A stretch of 64,000 bases of DNA from Acidimicrobiaceae bacterium (GTDB lineage Bacteria > Actinomycetota > Acidimicrobiia > Acidimicrobiales > Aldehydirespiratoraceae), in NCBI GenBank assembly GCA_026708645.1, contig JAPOUM010000032.1:1929-65928 (forward strand), given 5' to 3'. The notes under the pieces were generated by a model. The model worked only from the letters and a program-made list of their open reading frames with translations, was not told the DNA's origin and made no database searches. Position 1 is the first letter of the stretch. Every line of letters begins with the position of its first letter. Made by a program: the position numbers and the translations under genes. Below are positions 54,632-61,590 of this stretch, in pieces.

Positions 54632-55059
54632 GGCGATCTTTCCTCGGGCGGATCGACGGTGTCAGCGACGCCGGGCGAGACGACGGCGATGCCGTGGACT
54701 CTCGCCGACGACGCCAGCCGGTCATCGTAGGTGACGATTCCCTCAAGGTCTGCGCCGAGTTCCAGCGCCGCCGCCAGATGCAGGGCGTCGAGGGTGCGAA
54801 GTATCGCCGGATCCAGCATGGCGGCCCTCTCGAACACGCTGGAAGGCAGATCGACGACATGTGTCCGGTCGAGCAGGCGCCGGGCTTCGACGCCGCGGTC
54901 CGCAGCGTGCCTTCTCACAACTCTCAGCAGGTCGGTGCGGGTCAAGTCGCTGGAAAAGAGGTTGCCGTCCTGATCGAGAGCGAAGGCCAGCATCGCCTCC
55001 GTCTCGGCTTCATGCACGATCAACTTGACCGCCGCCGACGTCTCCAGATAGAAGACCAT
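54628..55059 (-). CDS. vapC: PIN-domain toxin VapC
   Basis: MVFYLETSAAVKL, LRTLDALHLAAA and VTYDDRLA motifs. Confidence 0.8.
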   Translation of the reverse strand: MVFYLETSAAVKLIVHEAETEAMLAFALDQDGNLFSSDLTRTDLLRVVRRHAADRGVEARRLLDRTHVVDLPSSVFERAAMLDPAILRTLDALHLAAALELGADLEGIVTYDDRLASSARVHGIAVVSPGVADTVDPPEERSP

Positions 55060-55325
55060 CAGCAGCGCTCAGCTTCTCGCATTTCTTGGAGAGTCTCCGT
55101 GAGGGGCTTGGCGTGGGGCGCCGGAGGCTGGAGGTCCGCGAACGAAAGCGCAGGAGGCCGGAGCCTTCCCGACACGGCCAGTTCTTCGACCCTTGATCCG
55201 GGTATGGGACTCAGCAACGCGGCGGGCCGCCCCCGGTCGGTCACGATGATCGTCTCACCTGTCCGGACCCGTGCCACGACGGCCGAGGCATTCTGCTTCA
55301 GTTCGCGGATTCCAACCCTGCTCAT
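55059..55325 (-). CDS. Phd/YefM-family antitoxin
   Basis: VGIRELKQNASAVVARVRTGETIIVTDRGRPAALLSP pattern. 1-nt stop/start overlap (TGATG) with vapC. Confidence 0.85.
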   Translation of the reverse strand: MSRVGIRELKQNASAVVARVRTGETIIVTDRGRPAALLSPIPGSRVEELAVSGRLRPPALSFADLQPPAPHAKPLTETLQEMREAERC

Positions 55326-55358
55326 GTTCTACATGATAGCACAAAGGGGTGGGCTCTT

Positions 55359-56240
55359 TCAGGGGGCGGCCTCGTCTCGGACAGGGTTGCGCAGGGTCCC
55401 GATCTCGGGGACCGTCACCTCGACAATGTCGCCCGGCTTCAGCCAAACCGGCGGATCCAGGCGGGCGCCTGCGCCGGTGGGGGTGCCGGTGAAGATCACG
55501 TCGCCGGCTTGCAGACCGATGAAAGTGGACAGATAGTGGATCTGGTATTCGATCCCGAAAGCCATGTTGGCGACCCGGTCGTCCTGGCGCGAGTCGCCGT
55601 TGACACGAGTGTTGAGGCGCAAGCCGGCGAGGTCGCCGATCTCGTCGAGGGTCACCAGCCACGGGCCTAGCGAGCCGCTGTGATGCCAGTTCTTGCCCTG
55701 GGTGACGTTGAAGCGGCCGTGGCGCACCCAGTCGCGCACCGTTCCCTCGTTGCCGAGGCTCAACCCGGCGATGTGGCTGCGGGCATCCTCGGGCGCGATG
55801 CGGCGCCCGCCAGTGCCGATCACCGCCACGATCTCGCCTTCGTAGTCGAGCTGCTGCGATTCCGGCGGTCGCAGCAGCGCCTGACCGTGGCCGACCAGCG
55901 TCTCGGGGAAGCGCACGAACACGCTGGGATACGCGTCCGCGTGATCGTCAGCGTGCTCGCTGGCCCGCCCGCCGTAGTTGACGCCTATGCAGAAGATCTT
56001 GGGGGGCTTCGGCAGCAGCCGCTCGAAGGTGATCGCCTCGAGCGTGTGATCAGCCCCAGCGGCGTCCCGAGAAGCGTCTCGTGCAGCCTTTCGGGCTTCG
56101 TCGAGACGGCCCTGAGCGAGCAGGTCGCTCAGGTCGGCGACTCCGTCGAGGCGCGCCGCAAGATCGATCACCCCGGTGCCGTCTGTGTCGAGCGCCCCGA
56201 ACGAAGCCTTGCCGTCGACGCTGTAGCTGAGCAGGCGCAT
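55359..56240 (-). CDS. fumarylacetoacetate hydrolase-family protein (HpaG-like isomerase/decarboxylase candidate)
   Basis: KIFCIGVNY..DYEGEIVAVIG..GDVIFTGTPTGAG pattern. Start set at the ATG at 56240. Confidence 0.8.
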   Translation of the reverse strand: MRLLSYSVDGKASFGALDTDGTGVIDLAARLDGVADLSDLLAQGRLDEARKAARDASRDAAGADHTLEAITFERLLPKPPKIFCIGVNYGGRASEHADDHADAYPSVFVRFPETLVGHGQALLRPPESQQLDYEGEIVAVIGTGGRRIAPEDARSHIAGLSLGNEGTVRDWVRHGRFNVTQGKNWHHSGSLGPWLVTLDEIGDLAGLRLNTRVNGDSRQDDRVANMAFGIEYQIHYLSTFIGLQAGDVIFTGTPTGAGARLDPPVWLKPGDIVEVTVPEIGTLRNPVRDEAAP

Positions 56241-56366
56241 CCGTCTTCTCCGTCTCCTCACCGAGTCCCGCCGCCGAAGCCCGAGCTGTCCTGGCGTCGA
56301 AGCCCAAGCTGAAATCCAGAACTGTCCCGAACCCTACAATCGTGCCCGGAGAAACCTGGAGAAACT

Positions 56367-56765
56367 GTGCCGCACATCATCATCGAGCATTCCGCCAACC
56401 TGGCCGAACTGACCGACATGAGTTCTTTGGTGGACGCAGTTCATCAAGCGGCCCTCGCCGGGGGCCTGGCCGAACCGGCTGCACTGCGCACCAGAGCCGC
56501 CGCCCGGCGCCACTATCGCATCGCCGACGGTGATCCCAGCTACGGGTTCGTCGCGGTCTACGCCCGCATGGCGCCCGGTCGCGACCGCGAGACGATGCGA
56601 GAGTTCCTCATACGTCTCATCGACACCGTCGACGAAGCGCTGGCGCCGCTCCTCCCGGAGCATCCGGTGGCTGTCAGCGCCGAAATCCAGTTGATCGACC
56701 CGGCCATGCGCATAAACCGCAACCACATCCGCACCCGCCTCTCAGAGCCGCCCGCCGCCCCTTGA
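56367..56765 (+). CDS. hpaF: 5-carboxymethyl-2-hydroxymuconate isomerase
   Basis: The N-terminus MPHIIIEHSANL (catalytic Pro1 type) and a length of about 130 aa fit the CHMI family. GTG start. Confidence 0.8.
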   Translation: MPHIIIEHSANLAELTDMSSLVDAVHQAALAGGLAEPAALRTRAAARRHYRIADGDPSYGFVAVYARMAPGRDRETMREFLIRLIDTVDEALAPLLPEHPVAVSAEIQLIDPAMRINRNHIRTRLSEPPAAP

Positions 56766-57021
56766 AAGATCGAGACTTCGCGCCGATGCCGAGTGGCTCG
56801 TGCTTGACTGGTCCGAAGGTGATACAGAGTCGTCAGCCGCGGAGTTGGTCCGGGCCGTGTTAGACGAGATTGAACGCCACGGCTAAGAAATCCAGATGCA
56901 CGGAGGTCATGCCCCGTCTTCGGCTAACGCTGTGTCTGGCTTGCACAGTTTTGTTCACGCGTTCACGGGGTCGCGTGTTGTCCTTCGCCTACTCCGGAGT
57001 CGGGAACGTCCGGTGTTTCGG

Positions 57022-57097
57022 TCAAGAAATGCACGTTATGCAGATCGGTTCAAAAATGTAAGCTATGTAAACCGATCAAGAAATGCACGCTATGTAG
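57022..57097. promoter_or_regulatory. direct repeats flanking an inverted repeat upstream of the orphan ATPase
   Basis: tcaagaaatgcacgttatgcag (57022-57043) and tcaagaaatgcacgctatgtag (57076-57097). gatcggtt (57043-57050) and aaccgatc (57070-57077) enclose an AT-rich spacer. Confidence 0.5.
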
Positions 57098-57109
57098 CCG
57101 TAGTGTAGA

Positions 57110-58357
57110 TTGGCAGTGCGGTTGGGTCCGCAGCGCCTAGCGAAAGCGAGTCCGATGCCTGTTCGGCGGTCTTCTGCATATTTCCCCATTGAGAAGGCGC
57201 CGCCTGCGCCTTTCGTTCCGTCGTTCGGCGCCACGCCGCCGAGTCTCGTGGGACGAGACTCCCAGATAACCGAGATTTGCGCCCGCCTCGACGGCGACCC
57301 GGCTGGCAGCGGCGGCGTTCAGGCGATCTTGGCGCCGCGCGGGATCGGCAAGACAGTGATGCTCAACGTTATTGAGGAGGCCGCCCGCTCGGAGCGTGGC
57401 TGGACCGTGGTCGTCACCGCCGGCTTCGGCGACCCTGTGGCAGAACTCCACAAGGCCGTCTGCAAAGCGCTTGACCAAACGGGCAAGCAGTCGGCGTCCG
57501 ACAGCCGGCGCACGGTGACGGGAGCGAGCGCCGGTGCCATGGGCGTCCATGCGAGCTTGTCGGTCGCCCCCCGAGCCTCGCAGCGGCGCACATCGTGGGG
57601 CGATGACCTGACGGAAGACCTTGAACGGCTCGCGGAGGCGGCCGCCGAGAAGCGCTCGCGTGTGCTGGTGAGCATGGACGAATTGCACGCTGTGCCGCTG
57701 GTCAAGGCCCGGCAGATCGGCGCGTGTCTGCAGCATGTCGTCAAACGCCGCCGGTTGCCGGTCGTGTTCGTCGGGGCAGCCCTGCCGACTATGAAGGACA
57801 CGCTGCTAGCGGACCGGAGATCCACTTTCGTGCAGCGGATCACAACGCTCGAAGTCGGCAACCTCAGCCGCAGCGACGTCCGCCGCGGGATCGAGGAGCC
57901 GCTCGCCGACCACGGATGCTCGATCTCCGCGGAGGCGCTGGACTTCGCGGCGTCGGTAATCAGAGGCCATCCCTACATGTTGCAAGTGATGGGCGAGAGG
58001 ATGTGGCAGACCGCCGACCACGGGCGGAGAGGGATCACGATCAGCGACGCGCGAAGCGCCGCCGCCGGCGCCGAGGCCGTCTTGGCCGACCACCTGTTCC
58101 TGCCCACATGGAAGGAGCTGTCCGACGGCGACAAGCGGATGCTTGCTGCGGTGGCGTTGTCTGACGAGGACGCCCCTGTCGCCGCTGCCGCAGGCGAAGC
58201 GGGCGGAGTGCGCGCCGGGAGCGTCGGCACTCACCGCCGCCGGTTGATCCTGTCGGGCATGATCCGCCCGGCGGGCCGCGGGCGCGTGGCTCTGACTCAT
58301 CCTCAGTCACGCGAGTGGCTGCGTCGGTCGATCAGCAGCGGCGAGATCAGCGTTTGA
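57110..58357 (+). CDS. AAA+/P-loop ATPase with a C-terminal winged-helix-like region (orphan; start uncertain, alternative ATG at 57155)
   Basis: Walker A LAPRGIGKTVML and Walker B RVLVSMDELH. The C-terminal DGDKRMLAAVA...HRRRLILSGMI looks like a wHTH. Confidence 0.7.
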   Translation: MAVRLGPQRLAKASPMPVRRSSAYFPIEKAPPAPFVPSFGATPPSLVGRDSQITEICARLDGDPAGSGGVQAILAPRGIGKTVMLNVIEEAARSERGWTVVVTAGFGDPVAELHKAVCKALDQTGKQSASDSRRTVTGASAGAMGVHASLSVAPRASQRRTSWGDDLTEDLERLAEAAAEKRSRVLVSMDELHAVPLVKARQIGACLQHVVKRRRLPVVFVGAALPTMKDTLLADRRSTFVQRITTLEVGNLSRSDVRRGIEEPLADHGCSISAEALDFAASVIRGHPYMLQVMGERMWQTADHGRRGITISDARSAAAGAEAVLADHLFLPTWKELSDGDKRMLAAVALSDEDAPVAAAAGEAGGVRAGSVGTHRRRLILSGMIRPAGRGRVALTHPQSREWLRRSISSGEISV

Positions 58358-58529
58358 GAAGCTCTCGTGAGCGCCGCGTGACGCTTGGTGGCGCCTCGGG
58401 CCAGTTGTTCGGCCTCCAGCCCCGGACGCGACGCCGGGCGATGCCGTAAGGGCCGCGGACCAAGTTCACGCACGCCAGTCGTCCGGCCTCTAGCCTCGGA
58501 GGCGCAGCCGAGCGACAGCGGGACACGAC

Positions 58530-60098
58530 ATGACTAACCGAGCTCTCAGCGCCAACCTCGCAGAGGCCATCGGGCACCTGGCGCCCTTCAAGGCCGAAAC
58601 CACGCTGCATCTGATCGACGGCGAGCCCGTCGCGAGCGTCACCGGCGAGACTTTCGCCAACATCTCGCCCATCGACAACTCGCATCTCGGTGATGTGGCC
58701 GCCGGCGGCGCTGAGGACGTCGCCGCTGCCGCCGCTGCCGCCCGTCGCAGCTTCGACGAGTGGCGCGACACGCCCGGCGAGCAGCGCAAACGCATTCTCC
58801 ATGCCGTGGCCGACGCCATCGAGGCCCGCGCCGCGGAGATCGCCCTGCTTGAATCCGTCGACACCGGTCAGGCGATCCGGTTCATGTCCTCCGCGGCGCT
58901 GCGAGGCGCCGAGAACTTCCGATTCTTCGCCGACCGCGCCCCGTCAGCCGCGGACGGACTGGCTTTGCCGTCTGCTCATCATCTCAACTACACCAGCCGG
59001 CGGGCCATCGGGCCGGTCGGTGTCATCACCCCTTGGAACACGCCTTTCATGCTGTCGACCTGGAAGATCGCCCCGGCTCTGGCGGCGGGCTGCACAGTAG
59101 TACACAAACCGGCCGAGTGGAGCCCGTTCAGTGCTGCGGTGCTGGCCGAGATCGCGCTCGAAGCCGGTCTTCCGCCGGGGGTCCTGAACGTGGTTCACGG
59201 CCTCGGAGAGACGGCAGGCCGCGCCCTGACCGAACACCCCGAGATAGCAGCCGTGGCTTTCGTGGGAGAGTCCGCCACTGGATCGCTCATCCAGGCTCAG
59301 ACGGCGCCCACCCTCAAACGGCTCCACTTCGAGCTCGGAGGCAAGAACCCGGTGATCGTGTTCGACGACGCCGACCTCGACCGGGCGATCGACGCGGCGG
59401 TCTTTATGATCTACAGCCTCAACGGCGAGCGCTGCACCAGTTCCAGCCGCCTGCTCGTGCAGCGCGGCGTCCACGACCGGTTCATCGCCGGGCTCACCGC
59501 CAAGCTCCGCAGCATTGTCGTGGGCCATCCGTTGGATCCCGACACTGTGGTAGGCCCGCTGATCCATCCCGATCACTGCGAGAAGGTGCGCGGCTACATA
59601 GCGCTCGCCGAGACCGAAGGCGCGGTCGTCGTGTCCGGCAGGCCGCCCGACGCGGACCTGTTCGCCGGCAGCCTCGCAGGCGGCAGCCTGGCCAAAGGCA
59701 ACCTGGCCCCGGCCAACTTCGTGACGCCGGTGCTGTTATCGAACGCCGACAACGACATGCGCGTCGCCCGCGAAGAGATCTTCGGCCCTGTGCTGACCTC
59801 GATCGCTTTCGACACCGAGGACGAGGCGGTCGGGATCGCCAACGACACCGACTACGGGCTCGCCGCCTACCTGTGGACCGGCGACGTCGGACGGGCCCAC
59901 CGCTTGGCCGCAGCCATTGATGCGGGCATGGTCTGGGTCAACTCCCAGAACGTGCGGCATCTGCCCACTCCCTTCGGCGGGGTCAAACGCAGCGGCGTCG
60001 GTCGCGACGGCGGCGACTGGAGCTTCGATTTCTACATGGAAACCAAGAACGTGGCTGTGGCCTACGGCAGCCACACGATCCCCAAACTCGGAGGTTGA
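58530..60098 (+). CDS. hpaE: aldehyde dehydrogenase, probable 5-carboxymethyl-2-hydroxymuconate semialdehyde dehydrogenase
   Basis: ALDH motifs VITPWNTPF, FELGGKNP and NGERCTSSSR. Sits among hpa genes. Confidence 0.75.
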   Translation: MTNRALSANLAEAIGHLAPFKAETTLHLIDGEPVASVTGETFANISPIDNSHLGDVAAGGAEDVAAAAAAARRSFDEWRDTPGEQRKRILHAVADAIEARAAEIALLESVDTGQAIRFMSSAALRGAENFRFFADRAPSAADGLALPSAHHLNYTSRRAIGPVGVITPWNTPFMLSTWKIAPALAAGCTVVHKPAEWSPFSAAVLAEIALEAGLPPGVLNVVHGLGETAGRALTEHPEIAAVAFVGESATGSLIQAQTAPTLKRLHFELGGKNPVIVFDDADLDRAIDAAVFMIYSLNGERCTSSSRLLVQRGVHDRFIAGLTAKLRSIVVGHPLDPDTVVGPLIHPDHCEKVRGYIALAETEGAVVVSGRPPDADLFAGSLAGGSLAKGNLAPANFVTPVLLSNADNDMRVAREEIFGPVLTSIAFDTEDEAVGIANDTDYGLAAYLWTGDVGRAHRLAAAIDAGMVWVNSQNVRHLPTPFGGVKRSGVGRDGGDWSFDFYMETKNVAVAYGSHTIPKLGG

Positions 60099-60102
60099 AA
60101 GC

Positions 60103-61542
60103 ATGCTTGCCCAGATGCAGACACGGATGCTGATCGACGGCGACTGGACCGAAGGCGCAGCCAGTGAACGCTTCGAGGTCGTCGACCCGGCCACCGGCGA
60201 AGGCATCGCCGAAGTCGCCGCCGGAACGGCCGCCGACGCGCTCGCGGCCTGCGACGCGGCCGAGGCCGCCCAGCGCAAATGGGCGGCTGCTGCGCCACGG
60301 GAGCGCTCCGAGATCCTGCGGGCCTGCTATCAGACTCTGTTGGAGCACAGCTCCGAGATAGCCGAGTTGATAACCCGCGAGCACGGCAAGCCCCAGGCTG
60401 ACGCGCTCGGCGAGGTGGCCTACTCGGCTGAGTTCTTCCGTTGGAACGCCGAGGAGGCTGTGCGCGTCCACGGCTCGGTGAGCTTGGCGCCGTCGGGCGA
60501 CAAGCGGATCATCACCCGTCATCCGCCGGTGGGCGTGGTGGCGATGGTCACGCCGTGGAACTTCCCTGCGGCGATGATCGCCCGCAAAGTCGCGCCCGCT
60601 CTCGCAGCCGGCAACGCGACGGTGATCAAGCCGGCCCGAGACACACCGTTGACAGCGCTGCGGCTGGCGCAGCTGCTCGAGGAGGCGGGAGTGCCGCCGG
60701 GGCTGGTGAATGTGGTGCCGACCCGGTCGTCGGGCGCCTGGTTCGACGCCGTCGTCGATCACCGGGCGGTGCGGATGGTGTCGTTCACCGGCTCCACCGA
60801 AGTCGGGCGGACGCTGCTGCGGCGCTGCGCCGACCGGGTGCTGAAGGTCTGCATGGAACTCGGCGGCAACGCCCCGTTCGTCGTGTTCGCCGACGCCGAC
60901 CTGGACGCCGCCGTGGCCGGGGCGATGGTCGCCAAGATGCGCCATTCGGCGGAGGTCTGCACCGCCGCCAACCGCTTCTTCGTGGAGGCGCCGGTGGCTG
61001 AGGAGTTCACCGAGCGCTTCGCCGAGTCGATGGCCGCCGTGAGAGTCGGCAACGGTTTCGAGCCCGGCGTCACCTGCGGACCGATGATCAACCCGGGCGC
61101 AGTCGACAGCATCGACGCTCTCGTGCAGGACGCGCTCGGCCACGGGGCGCGCAAAGTCAACGGCGGAGGGCCGGTGGACGGGCCGGGCTTCTTCTACGAG
61201 CCGACCGTGCTCGCCGACGTGGACGCGTCGTCGCCGATCACACGCAGCGAGATCTTCGGCCCGGTTGCGCCGGTGATCGCCTTCGACGACACGAATGCGA
61301 TGATCGCTGCGGCCAACGACACCGAGATGGGTTTGATCGGCTACGTCTACACCGGCGACCTGGCCAAGGGCTTGCACGTCAGCGAGCGCATCGAGGCTGG
61401 CATGGTGGGCATCAACCGCGGCGCCGTGTCGGACCCGGCCGCTCCCTTCGGCGGCATGAAGCAGTCAGGTCTGGGTCGTGAAGGCGCCAGCGAAGGCATC
61501 TACGAATTCTGCGAAACCCAGTACATAGCCGCCGACTGGTGA
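60103..61542 (+). CDS. gabD: NAD(P)+-dependent succinate-semialdehyde dehydrogenase
   Basis: Start at the ATG at 60103 (GGAGG upstream). VTPWNFPAAMIARK, MELGGNAP and EEIFGPVAPV-type motifs. Confidence 0.8.
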   Translation: MLAQMQTRMLIDGDWTEGAASERFEVVDPATGEGIAEVAAGTAADALAACDAAEAAQRKWAAAAPRERSEILRACYQTLLEHSSEIAELITREHGKPQADALGEVAYSAEFFRWNAEEAVRVHGSVSLAPSGDKRIITRHPPVGVVAMVTPWNFPAAMIARKVAPALAAGNATVIKPARDTPLTALRLAQLLEEAGVPPGLVNVVPTRSSGAWFDAVVDHRAVRMVSFTGSTEVGRTLLRRCADRVLKVCMELGGNAPFVVFADADLDAAVAGAMVAKMRHSAEVCTAANRFFVEAPVAEEFTERFAESMAAVRVGNGFEPGVTCGPMINPGAVDSIDALVQDALGHGARKVNGGGPVDGPGFFYEPTVLADVDASSPITRSEIFGPVAPVIAFDDTNAMIAAANDTEMGLIGYVYTGDLAKGLHVSERIEAGMVGINRGAVSDPAAPFGGMKQSGLGREGASEGIYEFCETQYIAADW

Positions 61543-61590
61543 GCCTTGGCGGCGTCGGGGCTAGAGGCCGGCGCCGTCAGTCTGGACGGT

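Noticed and set aside
56870-57108. Small ORFs 56870..57061 and 56896..57108 in the AT-rich block, and a possible C-terminal gene remnant at about 56790-56886 (..VLDWSEGDTESSAAELVRAVLDEIERHG).
   Set aside because: The two ORFs overlap each other, lack SD or leaderless signals, and have Cys/Arg-rich improbable sequences. The remnant has no credible start codon. The region is treated as non-coding regulatory DNA.
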